Assembly: GCA_050942745.1 (NCBI GenBank)
Contig: JBMNNX010000002.1
Location: 11,896-75,895, forward strand
Direction of reading: 5' to 3'
Length of the DNA: 64,000 bases
DNA from: Myxococcales bacterium
Lineage (GTDB): Bacteria; Myxococcota; Myxococcia; Myxococcales; UBA5297
Shown here: one piece after another, positions 1 to 9,207 of the stretch
How the letters are laid out: each line of letters begins with the position of its first letter
Numbering within the stretch: the first letter of the stretch is position 1
Made by a program: the position numbers and the translations under genes
Notes under the pieces: generated by a model
What the model saw: the letters and a program-made list of their open reading frames with translations, nothing else
What the model was told of the DNA's origin: nothing
Database searches by the model: none

Positions 1-1133
1 GGGATGGCGTGCCGGCCCGGCTGCAGAAGCGGCGCGTAGAAGCCGCGCAACAGCGCCCGCGTAGCGTCGTAGTCGTCGGCTGGGTCGGGCATGCCGATGT
101 CCGCGAGCGCCCGCTGGATGCAGCGCGGGTCGTCGCGGCGCACCGCGCGCGAGAGCCGGATGAGCGCCTCGACCACGCCAGGCTCGAACTCGCGCACGCA
201 GCCGTGGTCAAGGAGCGTGACCCTGCCGTCGGGCGCGAAGAGGAGGTTGCCGGGGTGCGGATCGGCGTTGAAGAGCCCGTAGCGGTAGAGGGCGCCCACG
301 TAGAACTCGTAGAGGGACCGCGCGGCGAGCTCTCGGGCGCCGGCTGAAGCCTGGGCCAGGAAGGGCTCGAGCCCGAGGCCGTCGTGCCAGGTCGTCGTGA
401 GGACCCGCGGCCCCGACCAGTCGGCGTGGACGGTGGGAATGCTGATCGCCGGGTGGCGCGCGAACAGCTCGACGAACCGGGCCTGCCGGCGCGCTTCCAG
501 GGCGTAGTCGCACTCCTCGAGGAAGCGCTCCTTCGCCTCGGCGATGAAGTCGGCGACGTTGACCCCGGGCACGAAGAGGCGAGCCATCACCTTGCCGATG
601 GCCGCGGACTTGAAATCGGCGCGGATGGCGTCGTCGATGCCCGGGTGGCGAACCTTGACCGCCACGCTGGTGCCATCCTCGCGCACCGCGCGGTGCACCT
701 GGCCGATGGAGGCAGTCGCGACGGGCTCACGTTCCAAGCGCGCGAGCAGCGCATCCGAGCGCGCGCCGAGGTCCTCGCGGATGGTCGCTTCTACGTTCCG
801 GAAGTGCGTCGGCTGGGAGCTCGTCTGCAGCACGGCGAGGAGCCGCCGCGCTTGTGGATCGAGCGAGCCGTCAACGTACGAGAGGATCTGGCCCGCCTTC
901 ATCGCGACGCCCTTCAGCTCGCCGAAGGTTTCGACCAGCCTCGCGAGCGCCTCGGGCTCGAGCGAACCGAGGTTCGCGTCGGCGCCCTTGAGGCGAGCGG
1001 CCAGGGCGCCGAGCCCGGCGCGCGCGCCCGCAGCCGCCGTGCGGCGCAGCCTCCCGAGAGGCGAGGTGAGAACGCCGTGCTGCTCTCGAGCGCGAAGGTG
1101 ATCGAGCAGATTGAGCAGCGGGTCGTTCGGCAT
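1..1133 (-). CDS. ABC1/UbiB-family atypical protein kinase (partial; C-terminus lies beyond window start)
   Basis: Absent from the ORF track because no stop lies inside the window. Hand translation of the minus strand from the ATG at complement 1133-1131 reads MPNDPLLNLLDHL...GELKGVAMKAGQILS...ASIGQVHRAV..DGTSVAVKVRHPG...FNADPHPGNLLF..LLDHGCV, which are ABC1/ADCK-type motifs. Plus-strand ORFs 9..347, 384..1265 and 544..1101 are antisense shadows. Confidence 0.8.
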   Translation of the reverse strand, partial: MPNDPLLNLLDHLRAREQHGVLTSPLGRLRRTAAAGARAGLGALAARLKGADANLGSLEPEALARLVETFGELKGVAMKAGQILSYVDGSLDPQARRLLAVLQTSSQPTHFRNVEATIREDLGARSDALLARLEREPVATASIGQVHRAVREDGTSVAVKVRHPGIDDAIRADFKSAAIGKVMARLFVPGVNVADFIAEAKERFLEECDYALEARRQARFVELFARHPAISIPTVHADWSGPRVLTTTWHDGLGLEPFLAQASAGARELAARSLYEFYVGALYRYGLFNADPHPGNLLFAPDGRVTLLDHGCVREFEPGVVEALIRLSRAVRRDDPRCIQRALADIGMPDPADDYDATRALLRGFYAPLLQPGRHAI

Positions 1134-1625
1134 CGGGGCTCCAGCCAACCAGAACAAGCGTGCGCCGCGAACAATAGCCCAGGGAAAGGCGCCGCTTTGG
1201 CGAAGCGTTCAGCCGAGACACGGACGGCCGATTGTTCGGTCGAAGTGCGGGCTCAGGATGGATAGGGGAGCGCCTCGGCAACTCTAGCGACTGCTAGCCG
1301 AAAGACCTGCACAGCGCGCGAGAGGCGAGCTGCGGTATTCCGCCCGGGGACGGCTTTCAGCCCGACGGCAAGGGCGCCGCGCTGATCGGTCGCGAACCCG
1401 GCTTTGCAACGCTGTCGCACCAACGTGTCCTTAGAAGCGTCGTGCGGCATTAGCTGCGCATCGGCTCTCGTCAGAGGACGCCGCGTCTCCTGCCGTGCCC
1501 AAAGGTCGGCGCCGGTGGACATTGGGGGCCCGAGCAGCCTCACCATTGCGCCCAGATGGTTGGGAGGGACGGACTGCGGCACATCGCGCCCCCGCGTCGG
1601 GAGCACGACTCGAGGAGACCGAACC

Positions 1626-2003
1626 ATGGTGCGAACCAAGCGCGTCTACGAGCCACCTGCGCGCGGCGACGGCTACCGCGTGCTTGTCGATCGACTCTGG
1701 CCTCGGGGAATCCGCAAGGAGGCGCTTGAGCACGACGCCTGGCTGCGCGACCTCGCGCCCAGTACCGAGCTGCGCAAGCGTTTCCATGGCAAGCCCGAGC
1801 GGTTTCAGGAATTCGAGGCCGCCTACTTGAAAGAGCTGCGCTCGCCGGAGGTTCAACCTCTCCTCGATGAGCTCACGAAGCTTGCGCGGCGCCGGACGGT
1901 GACGCTGCTCTTCGCGGCGCGGGATACCGAGCGCAACAACGCGGTCGTGCTCGCCCGCGAAATCAACCGTCGCCTCGAGCAGGAGTCGACCGTCCGCGTT
2001 TGA
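1626..2003 (+). CDS. DUF488 family protein (YeaO-like)
   Basis: ORF 1404..2003. The internal ATG at 1626 gives MVRTKRVYEPPARGDGYRVLVDRLWPRGIRKE..WLRDLAPSTELRKRFHG..RFQEF, the DUF488 signature. The same frame upstream of 1626 is Arg/Cys-rich and unlike protein. Confidence 0.8.
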   Translation: MVRTKRVYEPPARGDGYRVLVDRLWPRGIRKEALEHDAWLRDLAPSTELRKRFHGKPERFQEFEAAYLKELRSPEVQPLLDELTKLARRRTVTLLFAARDTERNNAVVLAREINRRLEQESTVRV

Positions 2004-2395
2004 ACCTTCTGACGCGGCGCGCGGCTCAGCCGCTCCGTCAGAAAAGCCTTAGTGAGAAGCGCGCCGGACCAGGTTCTTGGCGACCCCGGGGACGCTTCGC
2101 TCTCCCGAGGTTGAGCTGCCGCCTGCCTCCGTTGTGTCCGCTCGTTCGCCGGCCGCGCGCAAGGCGTGCATTGGGCTGCACTGAGGCGGTCGCAGCACAT
2201 GCCTCAGAAACGCTCGCTCGGTCGGCGGCTGTCTTGCCGATGGCCGAGCCCGCGCCTTCGTTGCGCGAGCGGCAGTTGGAGCGCGCGTTGCCGCGCCGCG
2301 GCCACCTCGCGCCCAACCGGGGCGCTGACCGCCATCGGCGGTTCGGATGAACGTTGTCACAGCGGGCCTTGACGAACGAAGCGGGAGGCACGGGC

Positions 2396-3418
2396 ATGCC
2401 CTTCAGGATCTACGTGACACGCGACTTCGATCAGATGAGCAAGGTGGCCGCCGACATTGTCGAGGCCGACATCCGCGAGAAGCAGGCCGTCAAGGACGAG
2501 TACGTGCTTGGGCTCGCGACGGGCAACACGCCCACCGGGCTCTACAAGCACCTCGCGAAGGCTTTCAACGCAGGCCGCATCGACCCGCGGCGCATCCGCT
2601 CGTTCAATCTCGACGAATACGTCGGCCTTCCCGGCGAGAACCCCCAACAACGCACGCTCCACCCGGAGTCCTACAGCTCCTTCATGGTGTCGGAGCTCTT
2701 CGCGTTTCTCCGCCAGAAGTTCCGCGAGACCAACGTGCCGCCCGGCACGCTCATCGACCAGAACGAGCTCGTCCGTGCGCTCGAGCGACATCCCGAGTGC
2801 TACGAGCTGCACGGGACCGACAAGGGCAAGGCCATCGTCATCAAAGAGATGGCCGACGGCGTCTTGCGCCAGATCAAGGAACGGGTGCTCGACTCGTACG
2901 CGAAGAAGATCGCGTCCTGCGGCGGCATCGACCTGCACATCGTTGGCGTCGGCGGGAGCGGGCACGTCGCCTTCCACGAGAGCGGCATCCCGTTCGACGT
3001 CGCGCCAATGCTGCTCGTTCGGCTGGACGACAGCACCATCCAGAACGCCATCGCCGACGGGCACTTCACTTCGCTCGAGGAGAGCCCGCGCTACGCGGTC
3101 TCCATGGGCGCGGAGCTGGTCTTCCAGGCGCGCACCGTGGTCCTCCTCGCCAACGGCGTGCGCAAGACTGCTCCGGTCTGCGAGTCGGTCCTCGGACCGG
3201 TCAGGCCCGACGTCCCGATCTCCTACGGGCAGCGGTTCGTCGAGCGAGGCGGCAACCTCGTCTACGTGCTCGACGAATTGGCTGCTGCGTCGCTGCTGGA
3301 GCGCCGCGCCGAGGTCGAGGCGCGGGGATACGCGATTGTAGACGTGCGCGACCAGCCGTATGAGCGCGTCGCGGACCTGGCGTTCACGCGAGATCCGATA
3401 ACCGGCCGCATGCTCTAG
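2396..3418 (+). CDS. Glucosamine-6-phosphate deaminase / 6-phosphogluconolactonase-family sugar-phosphate isomerase (NagB-like, with insertion)
   Basis: ORF 2354..3418. Start moved to ATG 2396, which has GGGAGG just upstream. Motifs LGLATGNTPTGLY, FNLDEYVGLP, HPESY and GVGGSGHVAFHESG fit the NagB/Pgl fold. It carries an internal ~50 aa insertion (TLIDQNELVRALERHPECYELHGTDKGKAIVIKEM...) and a C-terminal extension relative to canonical NagB as I recall it. Confidence 0.8.
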   Translation: MPFRIYVTRDFDQMSKVAADIVEADIREKQAVKDEYVLGLATGNTPTGLYKHLAKAFNAGRIDPRRIRSFNLDEYVGLPGENPQQRTLHPESYSSFMVSELFAFLRQKFRETNVPPGTLIDQNELVRALERHPECYELHGTDKGKAIVIKEMADGVLRQIKERVLDSYAKKIASCGGIDLHIVGVGGSGHVAFHESGIPFDVAPMLLVRLDDSTIQNAIADGHFTSLEESPRYAVSMGAELVFQARTVVLLANGVRKTAPVCESVLGPVRPDVPISYGQRFVERGGNLVYVLDELAAASLLERRAEVEARGYAIVDVRDQPYERVADLAFTRDPITGRML

Positions 3419-3427
3419 GGGGCGTCG

Positions 3428-4333
3428 ATGCAGGAGCGGATCGTCGAGCTGCTGGCCGCGCGGGGACCGCAGACGGGCACCGAGATCCGCGAGGCGCTCG
3501 GGGGCGAGCCTTTCGCGCTCTGGAAGGCGTGCATGCTCTCGCCCCGGCTGATGAATCGCAGGGTGGGGCGGCGCTACGTCAGGCTCGATCGCCGCGTCGA
3601 GGGCTTTGCCAGGCTGTCCCCGTCGATCCAGCGAGAGTTCCTCACCTACACCGTCGTCGGCCGCGCCGACGACCAGGCCGCGGTCGAACGCCGCATGGCG
3701 GAGATCGAGGCGCGCATCAAGGACATCAGCCGCAGCAAGCGCGAGCTTGCGTCGCGGATCATCGGCGACATCGCGGCTCGGTTCCCGGGCGTCGGCGATC
3801 GAGAGGAGCGGTTCTGCGTCGCCGTCGCGGGGGACATCGTCTACGACATGGGCCACGACGTCCGGCGGCCCGAGCGCAGCACCGGTTCCATCGTTCGCGG
3901 ATCGGACCTGGACATCGTGGTGCTCGTGGACGACGAGGCGCCGGACGCGCTCGTCTCCGAGCTCGACGAGGCCATCTACCGCGAGAAGTTCCAGTACCTG
4001 AGGAATCCTGCCTTCTGCGAGGAGATCGACTACGTCGTCAAGCGCTTCGCCAAGCTGCGCGAGCAGGCCGGGTTCGACACCTTCCGCCGGATGGTCGCCT
4101 GCAAGATCTTCGACGAGGCCGTGCTCCTCTACGGCAGCGAAGCGCTCTTCGCGGCGGGCAAGGCTTTGCTCGCCGAGCGCGGAATCATCGACCGCCTGCG
4201 GGCGCTCGAGCAGGCCGCTATCCGCTGGCGCGAGGAGCGGGAGCGGCACCTGCTCGCCGATGACCGACTCACTCTGCGCGGGGACGACAGGTTCTTCTTC
4301 TACACCGACGACGAATGCGAAGAGTTCGAGTAG
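3428..4333 (+). CDS. Winged-helix + Pol-beta-type nucleotidyltransferase domain protein (function unknown)
   Basis: ORF track; starts 10 nt after the NagB-like stop. The N-terminus MQERIVELLAARGPQTGTEIREALG is wHTH-like. The centre VAVAGD...GSIVRGSDLDIVVLVDDE matches the G[SG]..DxD minimal nucleotidyltransferase signature with an inserted loop. The C-terminal ~100 aa is helical. Confidence 0.65.
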   Translation: MQERIVELLAARGPQTGTEIREALGGEPFALWKACMLSPRLMNRRVGRRYVRLDRRVEGFARLSPSIQREFLTYTVVGRADDQAAVERRMAEIEARIKDISRSKRELASRIIGDIAARFPGVGDREERFCVAVAGDIVYDMGHDVRRPERSTGSIVRGSDLDIVVLVDDEAPDALVSELDEAIYREKFQYLRNPAFCEEIDYVVKRFAKLREQAGFDTFRRMVACKIFDEAVLLYGSEALFAAGKALLAERGIIDRLRALEQAAIRWREERERHLLADDRLTLRGDDRFFFYTDDECEEFE

Positions 4334-4466
4334 GCGCCAGACGCTCCCGCGCCCGGGCGGCCTGAGGCGCGCGCGCTTTGGAATCGGAGCGTTGGCGTGA
4401 GACTGGCGTCGGCGCGGTCGAAGCGCTGGCCGCCATCGAGGCTAGGCCTCCGGCTTTCGAGCCGAG

Positions 4467-6140
4467 TCAGAACGGCGCCGGGCGCTCGAAGCTCATCGTC
4501 ATTCCGGTTTCCGGGTGGCGGAAAGGGATCGCCTCGGCGTGCAGATGCAGCCGCGTGTCAGCGCGCCCGTAGAGCCGGTCGCCGACGATGGGCGCGCCGA
4601 GACCGAGCGGGTGTGCGGCGTGGACGCGGAGCTGGTGGGTCCGTCCGGTCAGGGGAAAGAGGGCCACGTGGGTCCGCGCTCCCCGCCGCTCGAGCACCTG
4701 CCACTCGGTCACCGCGCGCTTTCCGTGGACCGGGTCGTGGATCTGGCGAGGGCGGTCGTCGAGATCGACGCGGATGGCGAGGTCGATGGCGCCGCGCTCG
4801 CCGCGAACACAGCCATCGACCCAGGCGACGTAGCGCTTGTGGACCTCCCGGCGCAGGAACTGGCGCTGTAGCTCGGCGTGCGTGTGCGCGTCGAGCGCCG
4901 CGACGAGCAGCCCCGAGGTGTCGAGGTCGAGCCGATGCACGAGCAGCGGTCCGGTCGCGTGCGGATAGAGCGCGCGCAGTCGCGAGAGCACGGAGTCGGT
5001 CAGCGACGTGTCGCGCGCGGGCACCGAGAGCAACCCGCAGGGCTTCTCGACGACGACGATCCACGGGTCTTCGTAGACGACCTCGAGCCGCGCAGCCTCG
5101 CTCGGCGCCGGCGCGAAGGTCCGAGGCGGCGCGACCCGCAGCCCTTCGAGCATGAAGGGGAGGACGAAGCCGCACTTGTCGCGGCAGGCCGGATAGAAGA
5201 CGCCCGCGACCCTCCCGCCGCCGAGCGGCGGGTTGCCCCACCAGAACTCGGCGAGGGCGAGCGGGCGCAGGCCGTTCCGGTAGGCGTAGGCGAGCAGCTT
5301 GGTGCCCGCGCAGTCGCCCGCACCGTGCAGCGGATCGGGCGGAGGGAAGAGCGCTCGCAAGGGCCGCGTCTCGCCGCGCGCGTTCGGGATGACGTAGGTG
5401 TCGTGGATGCGCCGCATCAGCCGGACGCAGACGATTCGCCGCAGGCGGTCGTGCGCGCGCAGGCGCCGTTCGAGCCGCGCGAGCTTGCCCTCGAGCTCGG
5501 CCCTCTCCGCGAGCTGCTCGGCTTTCAGCCGGCGCAGCTCGGCCTTGTCGGCCTTGCTCTGCCGCTCGAGCGCGTGGAGGGCGTCGAGCCTGGCCTCCTC
5601 GGACAGGCCAGCAGACGCGAGCTCGGCGCGCCTCATGTGCCGCTCCTGGTGGCGGGCGAGGTGCTGCGCGTGCATCGCCGTCCTGTCGGCGGCGTGCCGC
5701 GCCACCAACGCAGCGTGCCGAGCGCGCAGCTCCGAGAGCTCAGGCGATGCGCGCGCCGCTTCCGCGCGCGCAAACAGCGCCTTCACCTGGGCCTCGCCGG
5801 CCGGCTCGAAGCTCTCGCGCGCGGCGCGGTCGAACAGCGGCGGGACGAAGCCCTCGACATCCCAGCGTCCGGCGAGCATCCCCGAGAACGCCCGAAGGAA
5901 GCCGACCTCGCCGTCAGGGCTCTGCACGACGAGCACGCCGAACATCTTGCCGCCGTCGGGGCCTTCGAGCAGGCGGGTTGACAGGCCGGGCGCGATGGAG
6001 CCGGTGCGCAGCTCGGCCTGCAGCGCCATCGCCGCCGCGCGCGCGAGCGGGTGCGGCCCCAGCTCGTCGAAGGGACTCGGGAAGAGGTCGGGAATCTGGT
6101 CGGGAGCCGGAGACGGCTCGAGTGGCGTGATGAGCTTCAA
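4467..6140 (-). CDS. RluA-family pseudouridine synthase with ~330 aa N-terminal extension (Cys-motif domain + coiled coil)
   Basis: ORF track, 557 aa. The C-terminal half VVYEDPWIVVVEKPCGLLSVP...LVHRLDLDTSGLLVAA...GRTHQLRVH is the RluA core with the catalytic Asp in HRLDxxTSG. The N-terminal part contains KMFGVLVV, a long Arg/Glu coiled coil, GAGDCAGTKLLAYAY and FYPACRDKCGFVLPFML. Confidence 0.85.
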   Translation of the reverse strand: MKLITPLEPSPAPDQIPDLFPSPFDELGPHPLARAAAMALQAELRTGSIAPGLSTRLLEGPDGGKMFGVLVVQSPDGEVGFLRAFSGMLAGRWDVEGFVPPLFDRAARESFEPAGEAQVKALFARAEAARASPELSELRARHAALVARHAADRTAMHAQHLARHQERHMRRAELASAGLSEEARLDALHALERQSKADKAELRRLKAEQLAERAELEGKLARLERRLRAHDRLRRIVCVRLMRRIHDTYVIPNARGETRPLRALFPPPDPLHGAGDCAGTKLLAYAYRNGLRPLALAEFWWGNPPLGGGRVAGVFYPACRDKCGFVLPFMLEGLRVAPPRTFAPAPSEAARLEVVYEDPWIVVVEKPCGLLSVPARDTSLTDSVLSRLRALYPHATGPLLVHRLDLDTSGLLVAALDAHTHAELQRQFLRREVHKRYVAWVDGCVRGERGAIDLAIRVDLDDRPRQIHDPVHGKRAVTEWQVLERRGARTHVALFPLTGRTHQLRVHAAHPLGLGAPIVGDRLYGRADTRLHLHAEAIPFRHPETGMTMSFERPAPF

Positions 6141-6335
6141 GGGTGGTGCCGGTGGCGCGCGGTCGAGAGAGATACCAGAAGCCGGAGTTCGGCTCTCGAT
6201 GCCTCGGCAGGCGCGCTAGGTCTCGTCGGTCGGCTTCGTCGGGTAGGGAGGCGAGCCTTCGCGCGCGGCGAGCGAATCGAGCCGGTTCTCGACGACCTGC
6301 ATGCGGGCCTTGAGGTCGCGCACGTCATTCCCGAG

Positions 6336-6638
6336 CTAACCGGTCAGGATGTTCTCGAGCCGATCGCCGAGGACGTCCGCCCGCTCGCCGAGTCGATCGA
6401 CTTTGGCGTTGAGGTCGGTGAGCTTCTGGACCGTGAACACGCGAAGCTGGTCGAGCTTTTCGTTCGTCTCGTCCAACCGCCTGTTGGTTTCCTCGAGCCG
6501 CGTGTTGGTCTGGTCAATTCGGGCCGAGAGCTCTTCGCGCGTCACATCGAGTCGCGTGTTGGTGCCCGCAATCTCCTTCCGAATGGCGTGAAGGGCTTGA
6601 AGGATCAGGCTGGCAGGCGGCAGTTCCGCATCGGACAT
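6336..6638 (-). CDS. Small coiled-coil protein (hypothetical)
   Basis: Within ORF 6336..6983. The internal ATG at 6638 is preceded by GGAG and gives 100 aa: MSDAELPPASLILQALHAIRKEIAGTNTRLDVTREELSARIDQTNTRLEETNRRLDETNEKLDQL... with a repeated TN.RL.ET heptad-like motif. The region upstream of 6638 in this frame looks non-coding. Confidence 0.6.
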   Translation of the reverse strand: MSDAELPPASLILQALHAIRKEIAGTNTRLDVTREELSARIDQTNTRLEETNRRLDETNEKLDQLRVFTVQKLTDLNAKVDRLGERADVLGDRLENILTG

Positions 6639-6876
6639 GGTCGGCTCCGCGGGTGACGCCTCAAAGATAGCACCGCGCCTTCGCCTCCCCGTGGCTTGGA
6701 TGCCCGGCTGCCGGGCGCCCATGCTGCCGGAAAGGGCGACGAGCCCTGTCGCTCGGTCTGGCGCCGGGGCGACATTGCCGCGCCAACGGCGCAGGGCCGT
6801 GCTGGCAGCACCTTGCGCCTGTTCGGCCCGACGGAGCGCGGCTACGTCGAGCGCATCACTGCTCCCGAGGTCGCCC

Positions 6877-8484
6877 ATGCCGACTCGACTCGCGCCAGTC
6901 GCCGCGCTGCTGTTCGCCCTCTCTGGCTGTCCGCGCGAGGCGCGCCCGCCGCCGCTCGTCGATTGCACGAGCGTCGTCCACACGCGCCTCGGGCCGGTTC
7001 GAGGGATGGAGCAGGGCGATAGCTGCGCGTGGCGCGGGCTGCCGTTCGCGAAGCCGCCGGTGGGCGGGCTGCGTTGGAAGGCGCCTCAGCCGCCCGAACC
7101 GTGGCAGGAGACGCGCGACGCGACGCAGTGGGCCGCGCGCTGCATGCAGTCGGACTCGCCGCTCGCCGGCCAGATCGCCGCAGACCCGTCGGGCCGGATG
7201 AGCGAGGACTGCCTGTACCTCAACGTCTGGCGCCCGCGGCGCGAGGGCCGCTACCCTGTGATGGTCTGGATTCACGGCGGGGCCTACGCGCACGGGACCG
7301 CGAACACGCCGACCTTCTGGGGCGACAGGCTCGCGCCCGGGCAGGGCGTGGTCGTCGTCACCATCGCCTACCGCTTGGGAAACTTGGGCTTCCTCGCCTT
7401 GCCCGCGCTCGAGGCCGAGAGCCCGGAGGGCATGACCGGCGGCTACGGGACGCTCGATCAGATCGCGGCCCTTCGGTGGGTGCGCGCGAACATCGAGGCC
7501 TTCGGCGGCGATCCGACCGACGTGACCATCTTCGGCGAGTCCGCCGGCGGCTGGAGCGTCTGCACGCTGATGGCGAGCCCGCTCTCTCGCGGCTTGTTCG
7601 AGCGGGCGATCATGCAGAGCGGTGGCTGCCAGATGGTCTCGACGCTCGAGGCGGGTTTCGCACGCGGCCGCGAGCTCGCCGCCAAGCTCGAGTGCCCGCC
7701 GGACGATCTCGCCTGCCTCCGCGCGGTGACCGCCGAGCGGATCGTCGAGGCCTCACCGTCGCCCACCTTCACGCGAATCACCTATGGCCCACACATCGAC
7801 GGCGATCTGCTGCTCGAGCCGCCCATCGAGACGCTTCGCCAAGGCGCGGGCGCACGGGGGCCGCTGCTCGCCGGGACGAACCGCGACGAGCTGCTGCTCA
7901 ACGCGGTCTCTTTGCCGCCGCTCGTCGGGCCGCTCGAAGCGGCCTACGACTCCATCGTGGAGCAGGTGCTCGGGCTGTCGGCCGAGGACGCCGACGCGCT
8001 CGTCGCCCTCTACCCGCTCAGCGAATTCGGCGATCAGCCGGGCCGGGCCATCGCGCAGATGGTCACCGACGAGGCCTTCACGTGCCCGACGCTCGAAGCC
8101 GTGGAGGCGGTCGCGCGCAGCGGCGGGCAGGCCTGGCTCTACCGCTTCGACTTCGATCAGCTCAACCTGCCCGCGGTCTCCGGGGCGGTGCACGGCGCCG
8201 AGATTGGCCTGGTCTTCGGCACGCCCGACCGGCCCTTCTCGGACACCTTCTTCGGCGAGGAGCAGCGCGCGGCCGCGCAGCCGCTGGCGGCCGCGATGCA
8301 GGCCGCGTGGGCGAGCTTCGCCAAGCGGGGAGCGCCACGGGCGAAGGGACTTCCGGAGTGGCCGGCGTACGCTCCCAGCGACCCGCGGCTGATGGCGCTC
8401 GACCTCGAGAGCCGGGTCGAGCCCGTGCGGTCGAGGCCTCGCTGCGCGTGGTGGGCGGAGCACGACCTCGAGCTGCGGTTCTAG
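6877..8484 (+). CDS. Type-B carboxylesterase/lipase family lipoprotein
   Basis: ORF 6637..8484. ATG 6877 gives MPTRLAPVAALLFALSGC, a signal peptide plus LSGC lipobox. WRGLPFAKPPVGGLRW, LNVWRP, VWIHGGAY and the nucleophile elbow FGESAGG are classic COesterase motifs. Confidence 0.85.
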   Translation: MPTRLAPVAALLFALSGCPREARPPPLVDCTSVVHTRLGPVRGMEQGDSCAWRGLPFAKPPVGGLRWKAPQPPEPWQETRDATQWAARCMQSDSPLAGQIAADPSGRMSEDCLYLNVWRPRREGRYPVMVWIHGGAYAHGTANTPTFWGDRLAPGQGVVVVTIAYRLGNLGFLALPALEAESPEGMTGGYGTLDQIAALRWVRANIEAFGGDPTDVTIFGESAGGWSVCTLMASPLSRGLFERAIMQSGGCQMVSTLEAGFARGRELAAKLECPPDDLACLRAVTAERIVEASPSPTFTRITYGPHIDGDLLLEPPIETLRQGAGARGPLLAGTNRDELLLNAVSLPPLVGPLEAAYDSIVEQVLGLSAEDADALVALYPLSEFGDQPGRAIAQMVTDEAFTCPTLEAVEAVARSGGQAWLYRFDFDQLNLPAVSGAVHGAEIGLVFGTPDRPFSDTFFGEEQRAAAQPLAAAMQAAWASFAKRGAPRAKGLPEWPAYAPSDPRLMALDLESRVEPVRSRPRCAWWAEHDLELRF

Positions 8485-8511
8485 CTCCTATCGCGGCGGC
8501 GGCTTCATGCC

Positions 8512-8531
8512 GGGCGCACTGCCGTGCGCCC
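8512..8531. terminator. GC-rich hairpin between convergent genes (possible bidirectional terminator)
   Basis: GGGCGCAC-tgcc-GTGCGCCC forms an 8-bp perfect stem. It lies 28 nt after the esterase stop and 32 nt after the minus-strand stop at 8563. There is no clear U-tract on either side. Confidence 0.3.
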
Positions 8532-8562
8532 CTACCGGCTCGCGAAGCTCCCCGATCTCCCG

Positions 8563-9207
8563 TCAGGCCACGCGCCGCGCCGCAGGCGACTCTTCCTCGA
8601 GCCACTCCTTGATCTGCGGCACGATGGTGCGTCGCCACCCGCGGCCGGTGCGAATCTTGAGGAACTCCACGAACAGCGCCGACAGCAGGGCCGAGAGCTG
8701 CTCGGCGAGCCACAGCCGCTCCTGGAGCTGATCGTCCTGCTCCTCGGTCATCAGCTCGGGCAACTTGGCCCCGCGCACGTCGAGGAACTCCGCGTCCAGC
8801 GTGGCCTCGAACACCTTCTCGCCGTGCGTCAACAGAAGGCGCGCCTGGTGGATGAGCATCCCGCGGCTGATGGCCTGGCGCACGAGCGCGGAGTAGGGCG
8901 CCTCAGTGCCCTTGACCGCGACCTCGGTCACCTCGCCGGCGATGCCGCGCAGGGTCAGCCGTCCGGTGAACAGCACGCTCAGCGGCGCGCCCTCGTGCTC
9001 GAGCAGCGGCTCGCCGCTTTCGGTTCGCCACAGCAGCCAGGTGAGGAACTCGCGCCCGAGCCAGGCCTTGCCCCGCAAGAACTGCTCGCGAGCCTTGCTG
9101 CGCTCGAGCTCGGCCGCGTCGCGCCGCTCCTCGGTCGCGCGCCCGTCGACGCCGACGTCACCGCGGTGGAAGGCCGCCTCCTGGCGGGCTCGTTCACGCC
9201 TGCTCAT
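8563..9207 (-). CDS. Hypothetical protein resembling the C-terminal half of RdgC
   Basis: ORF track, 214 aa; its start overlaps the upstream ORF by 14 nt. By eye, GREFLTWLLWRTESGEP..., VRQAISRGMLIHQARLLLTHGEKVFEATLDAEFLDVRGAKL and EQDDQLQERLWLAEQLSALLSALFVEFL align in order with the E. coli RdgC C-terminal region (ELTLTEWVRSG.., ..KVVTKLALDW.., [31 protein letters not shown]). Confidence 0.5.
   Translation of the reverse strand: MSRRERARQEAAFHRGDVGVDGRATEERRDAAELERSKAREQFLRGKAWLGREFLTWLLWRTESGEPLLEHEGAPLSVLFTGRLTLRGIAGEVTEVAVKGTEAPYSALVRQAISRGMLIHQARLLLTHGEKVFEATLDAEFLDVRGAKLPELMTEEQDDQLQERLWLAEQLSALLSALFVEFLKIRTGRGWRRTIVPQIKEWLEEESPAARRVA

Noticed and set aside
2004-2050. Imperfect hairpin CTGACG...GCGGC-tca-GCCGC...CGTCAG after the DUF488 gene, considered as a terminator.
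   Set aside because: The stem is interrupted and is followed by an A-rich rather than a U-rich tract on the coding strand. It is too weak to report as a feature.
2357-4249. 630-aa minus-strand ORF spanning the NagB-like and NTase genes. Similar cases: 9204..11039(-), 12346..14538(-), 24693..26069(-), 30964..32745(+), 35858..37936(+), 44277..47033(-), 47496..49475(-), 52391..55321(-), 59957..63931(-).
   Set aside because: These are GC-driven shadow ORFs. Their translations are dominated by Arg/Ala/Pro/Gly/Asp runs with no recognisable motifs. In each case the opposite strand or another frame carries a clearly recognisable protein family.
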